Assembly: GCA_964507275.1 (NCBI GenBank)
Contig: CAZDPG010000001.1
Location: forward strand, 86,503 to 150,502
Origin: an uncultured Candidatus Saccharibacteria bacterium
Lineage (GTDB): Bacteria > Patescibacteriota > Minisyncoccia > Phycocordibacterales > Phycocordibacteraceae
Reading direction: 5' to 3'
Length of the DNA: 64,000 nt
Shown: positions 36,554-46,987 of the stretch, piece after piece
Position numbering within the stretch: position 1 is the stretch's first letter
How the letters are laid out: each line of letters begins with the position of its first letter
Notes under the pieces: model-generated
Database searches by the model: none
Seen by the model: the letters and a program-made list of their open reading frames with translations, nothing else
Told to the model about the DNA's origin: nothing
Program-made: the position numbers and the translations under genes

Positions 36554-39500
36554 ATGCGCAAGAACCTCGTCCAGAAGACCTTCGGTGCCTACCAGGCACC
36601 CTCCGTTCCTTTCCCGGATTTCGTCGGGCACCAGCGCAGTTCGTTTGACTGGCTCCTCAAGGACGGTCTCATCGAGCTTTTCAAAGAATTCTCTCCTATC
36701 ACCGATTACTCGGGGAAGAAGTTCGAACTCCAGTTCGAGAGTTTCGAAATCGGCGAACCCAAGTATGACGAAGCATTTGCGCGCGAGAACATGCGCACCT
36801 ACGAAGCGCCGGTCAAGGCGACGGTGAAGCTCGTCAACAAGACATTCGGTTCGGAGAAGACGCAGGAGATTTTCTTCACGGACATCCCGATGATGACGCC
36901 GCACGGCTCATTCATCGTATCCGGCGTCGAACGCGCTATCGTTCCGCAGCTCGCTCGCAGCTTCGGCGCTTTCTTCGTGTCCGAGCTCATCCGCGGCAAG
37001 CAGTTCTTCGGTTCGAAGATCATCCCGCTCCGCGGCGTCTGGATCGAGATCGACTCGGAAGCTGACGGCGCGCTTTTCATGAAGATCGACCGCAAGCGCA
37101 AGTTCCCGATCTCGCAGATCCTCACGGTCTTCGGCGGCGGCTTGGGCGAAGCAGTCTTGAAGCACTTCGAGAAGGATCCGCTCGCGACCGCGACAATCAA
37201 AGCTACGCTCGCACACGATGAAGCGAAGTCGATCGAAGAGGCCTACGTTGAGATACACCGCCGCATGCGCGATGGCGACCTCGCGACGCCGGAGAACGCA
37301 AAGAACTTCGTACAATCGCTCTTCTCGGTTGAGCGCTATGACCTCGGCCGCGTCGGACGCGCGCGCTTGAACTCACGCTTCGGCCTCCCGACCACAGAGA
37401 AGGCGCTCGAGAAGCGTACGCTCACGCTCGCAGACTTCGTCCGCATCATTTCAGAGATCGCCAAGCTGAACGCTGACTCTTCGGCCCGCCCAGACGACAT
37501 CGACCACCTCGGCTTCCGCCGTGTACGATTCGTCGGCGAGCTCCTCCAGGCGCGTATGCGCGTCGGCATGAGTCGCATGAAGCGCAATATCCAGGATCGC
37601 ATGTCGACTATCGAGAGCGAGACCACGCTCCCGATGGCGCTTGTGAACCCACGTCCGTTCCATGCCTCGGTGCATGAGTTCTTCACGGCAAACCAACTCT
37701 CGCAATTCATGGACCAGCAGAACATTCTCGCTGAGCTCGAAAACATGCGCACGCTCTCGGCACTCGGTCCCGGCGGCCTCACTCGTGAGCGCGCCGGCTT
37801 CGAAGTGCGCGACGTGCACCCTTCGCACTACGGACGCCTCTGTCCTATCCATACGCCGGAAGGCCAGAACATCGGCCTCATCCTCCGCCTCGCTACGCAT
37901 GCGCGTACGAACGACTTCGGTGTCATCGAGACGCCGTATGTCCGCGTGAAGAACGGGAAAGTGACCGACGAGATCGTCCACTTGAATGCACTCGATGAAG
38001 AGCTCGAGATGGTGGCGCACGGTGCGACCAAGCTCGACAAGGACGGACGCATCGTTCCTGATCACGTGGAAGCGCGTTACAAGGGCGACCCGATCATCGT
38101 CCCGCGAGAGTCCATCACGCTCATGGACGCCTCGACGTACCAGATGTTCTCCATCGCGACCTGCATGATCCCATTCGTCGACCACGACGACGCGAACCGT
38201 GCACTCATGGGTAGCAACATGCAGAAGCAAGCGACACCGGTCCTCATCCCTGAGGCTCCGCTCGTCGCCACCGGCATCGAAGAGCCAGCAGCGCGCAGCA
38301 CCGGCCGCCTCGTCCTCGCTCTTGAAGCAGGCGAAGTGACGCATGTCGATGCACGCAAAGTAACCGTGAAGAACAAGGACGGTAAGGCGAAGGACTACCA
38401 CCTCCAGGGCCTGACCCAGACCAATCAGAACTCGACGTTCATGCAGCGCCCATCAGTGGTGCTCGGCGACAAGGTGAAGAAGGGCGACGTCCTCGCGGAC
38501 AACTCTTCGACTGATCACGGCCAGCTCGCGCTCGGACAGAACGTGCGCGTCGCCTTCATGAGCTGGAACGGCGCAAACTATGAAGACGCCATCATCATCT
38601 CGGAACGGCTCGTCGAAGAGGCTAAGTTCACGACGGTGCACATCGAGGACTTCGAGTGCGTCGTGCGCGACACGAAGCTCGGTGCAGAGACGACGACGCA
38701 TGACATCCCGAACGTCGGCGAGATGCGTTTGAAGAATCTCGACGAAGAAGGTGTGATTCGCATCGGCGCAGAAGTGCGCCCAGGCGACATCCTCGTCGGC
38801 AAGGTGACCCCGAAGGGCGAGACACAGCTCACGCCTGAGGAGCGTCTCCTCCGCTCGATCTTCGGCGATAAGGCGAAGGATGTGAAGGATACCTCGCTCC
38901 GCATGGAAGGCGGCAAGCGCGGTCGCGTCATCGGCGTGCGCGTCTTCTCTCGCGAGAAGGGCGACCAGCTCGAGAGCGGCATCATCAAGAAGATTGTCAT
39001 CACGGTCGCACAGGTGCGTAACGTCTCGGTCGGCGACAAGCTCGCCGGACGCCACGGTAACAAGGGCGTTATCTCCCGTGTCTTGCCGGTCGAGGACATG
39101 CCGTACGACAAGGACGGCAATCCGGTCGACATCATTCTCACACCGCTCGGCGTCCCGAGTCGTATGAACCTCGGACAGATTCTCGAATTGCACCTCGGTC
39201 TCGCTGCGCACACACTCGGCTACCAGGCTATCGTCCCGCCATTTGCTGGTGCGACTGCCGATGAGATCCGCGATGAGCTCGAAGCCGCTGGCTTCTCTCG
39301 CACGGGCAAGATGCAGCTCTACGACGGACAGACCGGCACGGCCTTCGCGCAGATGATTGCGGTTGGCTACATGTATGTTCTCAAGCTGCACCACATGGTG
39401 GAAGACAAGATCCACATGCGCTCAATCGGTCCGTACAGCCTCATCACGCAGCAGCCCTTGGGAGGCAAGGCACAGAACGGCGGTCAGCGCTTCGGCGAAA

Positions 39501-39730
39501 TGGAAGTGTGGGCACTCCTCGGCTACGGCGCTGCCTACACGCTCCGCGAGATGCTCACCATCAAGTCGGACGACATCCAGGGCCGCTCCGCAGCCTTCGA
39601 TGCAATCGTGAAGGGCGAGCCTATCAGCCACACCGGCACACCGGCATCCTTCGCTGTCCTTACCAACCAGATCCGCGGTCTCGCGCTCGACGTCGAACCG
39701 CTCAATCTGCCGCCCGAGCCGGAAGCATAA
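36554..39730 (+). CDS. rpoB: RNA polymerase beta subunit
   Basis: DDIDHLG, RDVHPSHYGR, GSNMQKQA, GDKLAGRHGNKG, GGQRFGEME. Confidence 0.98.
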   Translation: MRKNLVQKTFGAYQAPSVPFPDFVGHQRSSFDWLLKDGLIELFKEFSPITDYSGKKFELQFESFEIGEPKYDEAFARENMRTYEAPVKATVKLVNKTFGSEKTQEIFFTDIPMMTPHGSFIVSGVERAIVPQLARSFGAFFVSELIRGKQFFGSKIIPLRGVWIEIDSEADGALFMKIDRKRKFPISQILTVFGGGLGEAVLKHFEKDPLATATIKATLAHDEAKSIEEAYVEIHRRMRDGDLATPENAKNFVQSLFSVERYDLGRVGRARLNSRFGLPTTEKALEKRTLTLADFVRIISEIAKLNADSSARPDDIDHLGFRRVRFVGELLQARMRVGMSRMKRNIQDRMSTIESETTLPMALVNPRPFHASVHEFFTANQLSQFMDQQNILAELENMRTLSALGPGGLTRERAGFEVRDVHPSHYGRLCPIHTPEGQNIGLILRLATHARTNDFGVIETPYVRVKNGKVTDEIVHLNALDEELEMVAHGATKLDKDGRIVPDHVEARYKGDPIIVPRESITLMDASTYQMFSIATCMIPFVDHDDANRALMGSNMQKQATPVLIPEAPLVATGIEEPAARSTGRLVLALEAGEVTHVDARKVTVKNKDGKAKDYHLQGLTQTNQNSTFMQRPSVVLGDKVKKGDVLADNSSTDHGQLALGQNVRVAFMSWNGANYEDAIIISERLVEEAKFTTVHIEDFECVVRDTKLGAETTTHDIPNVGEMRLKNLDEEGVIRIGAEVRPGDILVGKVTPKGETQLTPEERLLRSIFGDKAKDVKDTSLRMEGGKRGRVIGVRVFSREKGDQLESGIIKKIVITVAQVRNVSVGDKLAGRHGNKGVISRVLPVEDMPYDKDGNPVDIILTPLGVPSRMNLGQILELHLGLAAHTLGYQAIVPPFAGATADEIRDELEAAGFSRTGKMQLYDGQTGTAFAQMIAVGYMYVLKLHHMVEDKIHMRSIGPYSLITQQPLGGKAQNGGQRFGEMEVWALLGYGAAYTLREMLTIKSDDIQGRSAAFDAIVKGEPISHTGTPASFAVLTNQIRGLALDVEPLNLPPEPEA

Positions 39731-39753
39731 TTTATTAAACTCTTCTCTACACT

Positions 39754-42700
39754 ATGGCATTCACTCCCCGCAAACTTCCGCCTCGCGACACCTGGAATGG
39801 GCTCCGCCTCACGCTCGCCTCGCCGGAGCGCATTCTTTCCTGGTCTTCAGGAGAGGTGACCAAACCTGAGACGATAAACTACCGCACCCAGCGCTCCGAG
39901 AAGCACGGCCTCTTCGACGAGAAGATCTTCGGTCCGGAAAAGGACTACGAGTGCTACTGCGGCAAATACAAGGGTATCCGCTACAAGGGCATCGTCTGCG
40001 ATAAGTGCGGTGTCGAGATCACCCGCTCTATCGTGCGACGCGAACGCATGGGCCACATTGAGCTCTGCACACCAGTCGCGCACATCTGGTTCCTGCGCTC
40101 CGTCCCGAGCCGCATGGCACTCCTCTTGGGAGCTTCGGCGGCTGACATTGAGAAGGTTGTCTACTTCGCCGGATACATCGTCACGAAGATCGCTGAGGAT
40201 GAGAAGAAGCGCCTCCTCACTGAGCTCGAGAGTGAATATAAGTCGAAATACAAGTCGCTCGGCTCCGATAAGGAGCGCGATGCGCTCAAGGAGAAGATGA
40301 CGATCACGCGCAACGAGATCGAGGGTCTCGTCGTCGGCAAGGTGCTCGACGAGCTCGAATACCACCGCTTCTCCGTGAAGTATGGCGGCCTCTTCGAAGC
40401 ACGCATCGGTGCAGAAGCCATCTACGACATTTTCAACAAGCTCGACCTCAAGGATCTCGAGAAGACGCTCGCGGCCCGCTACGAGACGGCCGGTGCTGCT
40501 GAGCGCGAGAAGCTCGCGAAGCGTCTCTCGCTCATCGCCGGTCTCCTCGCTTCAGGCGTGCGTCCGGAGTGGTTCTTCCTCACGCGCATCCCGGTCATCC
40601 CGCCAGCACTCCGTCCGATGGTCGCGCTCGAAGGCGGTCGCCATGCGACCTCCGACGTGAACGACCTGTATCGTCGCGTCATCAACCGCAACAACCGCTT
40701 GAAGAAGCTCATCGACATCCATGCGCCGGAAGTCATCCTGCGCAATGAGAAGCGCATCTTGCAGGAAGCCGTCGATGCACTCCTCGACAACTCGATCAGG
40801 AAGAGCGGTGCCGCAGCCGGTGCTATGACCGCCGCTCAGCGCCGTCCGCTCAAGTCACTCGCGGACTACTTGAAGGGCAAGCAGGGCTATTTCCGTCAGA
40901 ACCTGCTCGGTAAGCGTGTCGACTACTCGGGTCGTTCCGTGATTGTCGTCGGTCCGGATCTCGAACTCGACGAATGCGGTCTTCCGAAGCACATGGCGCT
41001 CGAGCTCTTCCGTCCGTTCGTCATCGCCGGACTCCTTGAACGCGAACTCGCATTCAACATCCGTGGCGCAGGCCGCTTGATTGAAGACGGTGTCGCTGAA
41101 GTGTGGGAGATCCTCGAAGAAGCCATCAAGGGTAAGTACGTCCTTCTGAACCGTGCACCGACCTTGCATCGCCAGGGTATCCAGGCATTCCGCCCGCAGC
41201 TCATCGAAGGCGATGCTATCCAGCTCCACCCGCTCGTCTGTAACGCGTTCAACGCGGACTTCGACGGCGACCAGATGGCTGTCCACGTGCCGCTCTCCGA
41301 GGAGGCTCAGTGGGAGGCCGCGAACATCATGAGTGCCAACAAGAACATTCTGAAGCCGGGTTCCGGCGACATGATTGTCCTCACCGGCAAGCCGCTCGAC
41401 ATCATTCTCGGCGTGTACTGGCTCACCAAGGCAGTCGACGGCGCGAAAGGCGAGGGGACGTATCACTCGTCACCGAACTCAGCTATCCTTGCGTCTGAGT
41501 ACGAGGCGATCGACAAGCGCGCCAAAATCATGGTCATGCCAGTCGAAGGGAAGGAAAAATACGCACAATTCGATGGACATCCGTTCGAGACGACGGTCGG
41601 GCGCATGCTCTTCAACACTGTGCTTCCCGCTGATTATCCGTTCGTGAACGAGACCATCACCAAGAAGGTGCTCGCGCGCATTGTGACTGACTGCATCTCC
41701 CGCTATGGACTCAGCGCCGTACCGGATATCGTGAACAAGGTGAAGCGCTTCGGTTTCAGATACGCGACGCTTTCGGGAGTGTCGTGGGCTATCGACGATA
41801 CGGCCGTGCCGGCAGAGAAGGAGCAGATCATCAAGGTTGCAGCAGAGAAAGTCGCGGCTATCCAGTCCGACTACCAGAACGGTCTCCTCTCTGAAGAAGA
41901 GAAGCGCCGCATGTCGATTGAGGTCTGGCAGGGTGCCAAGGGCGAAGTCGAGAAGATCGTCGTGGGTGCACTCAATCCGATGGGTTCAGTCGCAGACATG
42001 GTGTACTCCGGCGCTCGTGGTACGCTCGGCAACCTCACGCAGATGCAGGGTATGAAGGGTCTCATCCAGAACACCGCAGGCGTGACGATCGAAGTGCCGA
42101 TCATCTCCTCAATGATCGAGGGCTTGAATCCGATCGAGTACTTCATGAGTACGCACGGTGCACGTAAGGGTCTCACCGACACGGCGCTCGGTACTGCGAA
42201 GGCCGGCTACCTCACGCGCCGTCTCTTCGACGTCGCGCAGGATTCCATCGTGACCGAGCATGACTGCGGTACGAGCCGCGGTGTGAAGATCAATCGCGTG
42301 AGCGCCTCAGGCATCCAGACTGATTACGCTGAGGCCCTCCGCGGTCGCGTCATCGCTGAAGATGTGAAGGATAAGGATGGCGTCACGCTCTTCAAGAAGG
42401 GACACTATCTCTCGATCAAGGACGCTGAAGCGCTCGATGCTGCAGCAAGCGTGATGACGGTGGTTGCACGTTCCCCGATGTCGTGCGAGACGCGCTATGG
42501 CGTGTGCCAGACCTGCTACGGTATGGACCTCACGACGCAGGACGTTGTCGACTTGGGCGAGGCCGTTGGTACGGTTGCCGCTCAGGCTATCGGCGAGCCG
42601 GGCACCCAGCTCACCATGCGTACCTTCCACGCCGGCGGTGTGGCATCGGTCGGTGGCGACATCACGAGCGGTCTCCCGCGCGTTGAAGAAGTGTTCGAGA

Positions 42701-43473
42701 AGCGCGCTCCGAAGAATCCGGCGGTCATCAGCAAGTCTGACGGTCTCGTGACCGAGATCAAGGAGGAGGGTCGCGAGAAGATTATTGTGGTCGCTCCGCA
42801 AGCAGGCCAGGGCAAGAAGGACGGTTCGGCATACGAATACCTCGCTCCGTATCCGCGTGTCCCGCTCGTGAAGGAAGGAGATACCGTCGTGCGCGGCCAG
42901 ATACTTACTGACGGTTCGGCTGATCTCGATGATCTCTTCGAGTACGCAGGTCGCGCACTCACGCAGGAGTACATTATCACTGAAGCATCGAAGATCTATG
43001 AGCTTCAGGGCGCGCCGGTCTCTCGCAAGCATCTCGAAGTCGTGGTGAAGCAGATGTTCAGCCGCGTGAAGATCGCCGAGGCCGGCGACACCGACTATTC
43101 GGTTGGCGATGTGGTCGAGGATTGGGAGTTCGCGAAGTCAGTGAAGGAAATGGAGGAGGCTGACAAGTTGCCGCCAGTGGCGAAAGAGATTGTGCTCGGC
43201 ATCAAGGAGAGTGCGCTCTCACGCCGTTCATTCCTCTCGGCTGCATCCTTCGAGCAGACGACGAAGATTCTCATCAACGCATCGCTCCGCGGTTCTGTCG
43301 ATCGCCTGCGCGGTTTGAAGGAGAACGTCATCCTCGGTCGCCTCATCCCGTCCGGTACCGGCTTTGCTGGAAGCAAGAAGTTCGCTTCTATCGCGAAGCT
43401 GCAGGCAGAGCGCCCGGTTCCTGAGCCGACGGAGCGTACTTCGTTCGCTCCGCGTGTGCCGCGAGGACTCTAG
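39754..43473 (+). CDS. rpoC: RNA polymerase beta' subunit
   Basis: Zn ribbon [37 protein letters not shown]. Confidence 0.98.
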   Translation: MAFTPRKLPPRDTWNGLRLTLASPERILSWSSGEVTKPETINYRTQRSEKHGLFDEKIFGPEKDYECYCGKYKGIRYKGIVCDKCGVEITRSIVRRERMGHIELCTPVAHIWFLRSVPSRMALLLGASAADIEKVVYFAGYIVTKIAEDEKKRLLTELESEYKSKYKSLGSDKERDALKEKMTITRNEIEGLVVGKVLDELEYHRFSVKYGGLFEARIGAEAIYDIFNKLDLKDLEKTLAARYETAGAAEREKLAKRLSLIAGLLASGVRPEWFFLTRIPVIPPALRPMVALEGGRHATSDVNDLYRRVINRNNRLKKLIDIHAPEVILRNEKRILQEAVDALLDNSIRKSGAAAGAMTAAQRRPLKSLADYLKGKQGYFRQNLLGKRVDYSGRSVIVVGPDLELDECGLPKHMALELFRPFVIAGLLERELAFNIRGAGRLIEDGVAEVWEILEEAIKGKYVLLNRAPTLHRQGIQAFRPQLIEGDAIQLHPLVCNAFNADFDGDQMAVHVPLSEEAQWEAANIMSANKNILKPGSGDMIVLTGKPLDIILGVYWLTKAVDGAKGEGTYHSSPNSAILASEYEAIDKRAKIMVMPVEGKEKYAQFDGHPFETTVGRMLFNTVLPADYPFVNETITKKVLARIVTDCISRYGLSAVPDIVNKVKRFGFRYATLSGVSWAIDDTAVPAEKEQIIKVAAEKVAAIQSDYQNGLLSEEEKRRMSIEVWQGAKGEVEKIVVGALNPMGSVADMVYSGARGTLGNLTQMQGMKGLIQNTAGVTIEVPIISSMIEGLNPIEYFMSTHGARKGLTDTALGTAKAGYLTRRLFDVAQDSIVTEHDCGTSRGVKINRVSASGIQTDYAEALRGRVIAEDVKDKDGVTLFKKGHYLSIKDAEALDAAASVMTVVARSPMSCETRYGVCQTCYGMDLTTQDVVDLGEAVGTVAAQAIGEPGTQLTMRTFHAGGVASVGGDITSGLPRVEEVFEKRAPKNPAVISKSDGLVTEIKEEGREKIIVVAPQAGQGKKDGSAYEYLAPYPRVPLVKEGDTVVRGQILTDGSADLDDLFEYAGRALTQEYIITEASKIYELQGAPVSRKHLEVVVKQMFSRVKIAEAGDTDYSVGDVVEDWEFAKSVKEMEEADKLPPVAKEIVLGIKESALSRRSFLSAASFEQTTKILINASLRGSVDRLRGLKENVILGRLIPSGTGFAGSKKFASIAKLQAERPVPEPTERTSFAPRVPRGL

Positions 43474-43512
43474 TAGGTGTTTCTGAGGAAACCAGGCTTT
43501 CCGCAAAAGACA

Positions 43513-43548
43513 GAAAGCAAAAACCGCCGCAAGGCGGTTTTTGCTTTG
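43513..43548 (+). terminator. rpoC terminator
   Basis: AAAGCAAAAACCGCC-GCAA-GGCGGTTTTTGCTTT. Confidence 0.85.
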
Positions 43549-43622
43549 GGTATGAAAACAATCGCGGCGCGGAGACTTTTCAGTCCCGCGCCGTTTGTGA
43601 TTACCAGCCGTGACGCGAATCT

Positions 43623-43808
43623 TTAGCTGGTGCGCATGCACGCAAAGAGTATGGATAGTGTCCCTAGCATTATTGCAATAAGGCTTCCTGCATTGGACAC
43701 TAGCGTTAAGGCAGTCCCGAAGTTGGTCTCGTCAACGAACCAGATACCCAGACCTCCGAAACAGATAAATCCGATCCCGACAATGAACAAGAGCAGTTTG
43801 AATCCCAT
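43623..43808 (-). CDS. Small two-TM membrane protein (ORFan islet)
   Basis: SD GGAGG, upstream TTGACA promoter, two hydrophobic helices. Confidence 0.6.
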   Translation of the reverse strand: MGFKLLLFIVGIGFICFGGLGIWFVDETNFGTALTLVSNAGSLIAIMLGTLSILFACMRTS

Positions 43809-43912
43809 ATAACCTCCGTGGCTCAAGGGATAATCAACAAGTTACCTGAATGATATAAGCATAGACACTGTAATTTTGTCAAACTTTGTCGCAACGAGGT
43901 AAGATGAGAGTG

Positions 43913-45598
43913 ATGGCAAAGGATACGGTCGCAGAGATTAAGGAGAGACTGAGCATACAAGACATTATCAGTCCGTATGTGAAGCTGCGTCGAGCCGGAC
44001 GCTCGATGGTCGGGCTCTGCCCCTTCCACAAGGAGAAGACTGGGAGCTTCCACGTGAGCCCCGAGCGCGGGACGTGGCACTGCTTCGGGTGCGGGGTGGG
44101 AGGAGATGGATTCTCCTTCATCGAGAAGGCCGAGGGCGTTGACTTCAAGGGGGCTATGAAGATTCTTGCGGAGAAAGCGGGCGTGACTATCGAATATTCA
44201 GGGGGAGGGAATCACGAAGACACTTCTAAGAAAGACAAGCTCCGCGCGGCCATGAGCCGCGCGGCAGAGTGGTACGCCGGGAATCTAAAAGGAAGTCCGG
44301 CGGAGATGTATGCGCAGAGGCGAGGACTCTCTTCCGAGACAATCAAGGACTGGAGCCTCGGCTTCGCACCAGAGGCATGGCGCGCTCTCCTCGAAGCTCT
44401 GACCACTGAGGGCTTCACGATAGAAGAGTTGCTCGCGGCGGGACTCATCAAGGAGGCGGATGGGAAGCCTGGCACGTACTATGACCGGTTCCGCAATCGG
44501 CTCATGTTCCCGATACGCGACGCGAGCGGGAAGGTCGTTGCGTTCACTGGCCGTGCACTTGCAACGGACGACCTCGCGAAATATCTGAATAGTCCCGAGA
44601 CTGACCTCTATCACAAATCCGAGATATTGTTCGGCATGGACCGAGCACGAGATGCGATACGCACGAGGGGCTTCACGATGCTTGTGGAAGGGCAGATGGA
44701 TGTCCTGCATGCGCACCAGGCAGGCTTCAATAACGCGATCGCCCTCTCTGGGACGGCGCTCTCCGAGCGGCATCTTGCGCTCATGAAACGTTACAGCGAC
44801 AACCTTATGCTGGTGCTCGATGCCGACCCGGCTGGACTCAAGGCGACCGCACGCTCGGCGGCGCTCGCGCTTCAGCAGGGACTACGCGTAAAGGCCGCAC
44901 GACTCCCGAAAGGCAAGGACCCGGCAGACCTCTTAAGCGAGGACGCGAAAGATTTCGGAGTGCGCATAGCCAGTGCGAAGCCGATTGTCGAGTTCTTCCT
45001 CGCTGAGCTCGCCGAATCCGAACGCGATCCGCACCGGTTATTGCGCGCCGCTGAGAGTATCGTCTTGCCGCTCATCAGGGCGATACCGAGCCCGATGGAG
45101 CGCGAGCATTTCATACAATCAGCCGCTCGGACGCTCGGATTGTCGAATGAAGCCATCAAAGAGTCGCTCGCACGGCTCCCGAAGCAGGAGTTCAGTTCTG
45201 GTCCCGTACGCGCCGCCGTCCTCCCCGTGCCGGCACGCCGGCCGCCGCGCGAGTTCCGCGCCGAACAGCTCCTCGCCGTCCTCCTGGTTTATCCCAACAC
45301 ACCGCTTGCAGAACGCGTCAAATCGGGGTATTGTCGAATTACTGAAGCTGAGCACGTGCCGCACAACGTACCCCCGGAATCAGTCTTGTTCCAGACGGAA
45401 CAGACATTCGGCGAGGACCCAAACGAAGGCGCTGCGGACGAGCTTCTCCGTGCTTTTGAAGAGACGGTGATCCGCGAATCATATCAAGAAGCGGTGGCGA
45501 ATTTACGCAGGGCTGAATCCGCTGGAGAGACATCGGCGATTGAGGAAGCGCAGGCAGCGTGTACGAAGCTCTCCCTGCGTCTTGCTTCGCTCGGGTAG
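43913..45598 (+). CDS. dnaG: DNA primase
   Basis: CPFHKEKT..WHCFGC zinc finger, DRFRNRLMFP, KYLNSPET, Toprim VEGQMD / DAD. Confidence 0.97.
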   Translation: MAKDTVAEIKERLSIQDIISPYVKLRRAGRSMVGLCPFHKEKTGSFHVSPERGTWHCFGCGVGGDGFSFIEKAEGVDFKGAMKILAEKAGVTIEYSGGGNHEDTSKKDKLRAAMSRAAEWYAGNLKGSPAEMYAQRRGLSSETIKDWSLGFAPEAWRALLEALTTEGFTIEELLAAGLIKEADGKPGTYYDRFRNRLMFPIRDASGKVVAFTGRALATDDLAKYLNSPETDLYHKSEILFGMDRARDAIRTRGFTMLVEGQMDVLHAHQAGFNNAIALSGTALSERHLALMKRYSDNLMLVLDADPAGLKATARSAALALQQGLRVKAARLPKGKDPADLLSEDAKDFGVRIASAKPIVEFFLAELAESERDPHRLLRAAESIVLPLIRAIPSPMEREHFIQSAARTLGLSNEAIKESLARLPKQEFSSGPVRAAVLPVPARRPPREFRAEQLLAVLLVYPNTPLAERVKSGYCRITEAEHVPHNVPPESVLFQTEQTFGEDPNEGAADELLRAFEETVIRESYQEAVANLRRAESAGETSAIEEAQAACTKLSLRLASLG

Positions 45599-45628
45599 TC
45601 AGGTAGATTTTCAATCTTATTTTTCGGC

Positions 45629-46909
45629 ATGGCGAAACCTATTACAAAAAAGAAGCCCGTGAAGAAATCAAAGCCCGTCAAGAAGACGGTGCGTAAGACC
45701 GTATCCAAGAAGTCAGTCGCGCCTAAGAAGAAGCCAGCCAAGAAGCCGGTGAAGAAAACGGTTAAGAAACCCGTTAAGAAGATTGCGCGCTCCAAGAAGC
45801 AAGTCGTGCGCGCAGCCGCGAAGGGAGCAAAAGCAAAAGCGCTCACGCAGAAAGCACTCACCGCCGAGCAGCTCATCGAGAAGGGGAAGGAACGCGGCTA
45901 CGTCACCTACAACGAGATATTGAAGTCGTTCCCGCATGTCGAGGACGATGTCAGCTTCCTCGAATCGCTCTATGAACGTTTCTCCATCGCGGGTGTCGAT
46001 GTGCTCGAGGGCGGTATGCTCGAAGACGCTGCCGACGAGTACCTTGCGACGCGTAACATCAAGGACCGTCACTCGACCTCCTACGACTCCATCCAGATCT
46101 ATCTCCGCGAGATCGGCCAGTACCCGCTCCTTACCGCCTCCGAAGAGCGCGAGCTCGCTAAGCGCATCGAGAAGAGCGATGCTGAGGCACGCAATATCCT
46201 CGCACGCAGCAACCTGCGTCTCGTCGTTTCCATTGCCAAGAAGTATGTCGGCCGGTCGCCCGATCTCACGCTTCTCGATCTCATCCAGGAAGGGAACCTG
46301 GGCCTCTTCCGCGCGGTCGACAAGTTCGATTGGAAGAAGGGATACAAGTTCTCGACGTATGCGACATGGTGGATCCGTCAGGCGATTACCCGCGCCCTCG
46401 CCGATCAGAGCCGCACTATCCGCATCCCGGTGCACATGGTCGAGACCATCGCCAAGTACAAACAGATCTCACGCCGCCTCGCCCAGGCGCTCGGTCGCGA
46501 CCCACAGCCTGAAGAGATCGCTATCGAGATGGGTGTCGAACCGGAGAAGGTGTATCAGATAGAGAAGATCAATCAGGACACGCTCTCTCTGGAGAACCCG
46601 ATCGGCTCGGATGACGACGAGCGTTCGACGCTCGGCGATTTCATTCCAGATGATAAGATTCCGTCGCCAGTGCAGGAGTCTTCGGAGCGTATCCTTTCCG
46701 AGCAGGTGAAAGAGATCCTCTCCGACCTCTCGCCGAAGGAACGCAAGATTCTCGAGATGCGCCACGGACTCATGGACGGCGTGTACCACACGCTCGAAGA
46801 AGTAGGGCGCGAGTTCGGCGTCACGCGCGAACGCATCCGCCAGATTGAAGCGAAGGCACTCGAAAAGATCCGCACCCATGACAAAGCACGGCATTTGAAG
46901 TCGTATTAG
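45629..46909 (+). CDS. rpoD: Primary sigma factor with Lys-rich N-terminal extension
   Basis: [51 protein letters not shown]. Confidence 0.96.
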   Translation: MAKPITKKKPVKKSKPVKKTVRKTVSKKSVAPKKKPAKKPVKKTVKKPVKKIARSKKQVVRAAAKGAKAKALTQKALTAEQLIEKGKERGYVTYNEILKSFPHVEDDVSFLESLYERFSIAGVDVLEGGMLEDAADEYLATRNIKDRHSTSYDSIQIYLREIGQYPLLTASEERELAKRIEKSDAEARNILARSNLRLVVSIAKKYVGRSPDLTLLDLIQEGNLGLFRAVDKFDWKKGYKFSTYATWWIRQAITRALADQSRTIRIPVHMVETIAKYKQISRRLAQALGRDPQPEEIAIEMGVEPEKVYQIEKINQDTLSLENPIGSDDDERSTLGDFIPDDKIPSPVQESSERILSEQVKEILSDLSPKERKILEMRHGLMDGVYHTLEEVGREFGVTRERIRQIEAKALEKIRTHDKARHLKSY

Positions 46910-46915
46910 GAAAAG

Positions 46916-46948
46916 AAGAAACCCCTTGTTTAGCAAGGGGTTTCTCTT
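46916..46948 (+). terminator. rpoD terminator
   Basis: AGAAACCCCTTG-TTTAG-CAAGGGGTTTCT. Confidence 0.8.
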
Positions 46949-46987
46949 GGTATACAGAGAACACGGAGACAGGGTACACTCTAAAGA

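Noticed and set aside
40684-40698. AACCGCAACAACCGC (also AACAACTGG near 58884) as a possible DGR template repeat
   Set aside because: These are coding sequence (RpoC INRNNR; VNNWWG) with no flanking similarity to the VR candidate.
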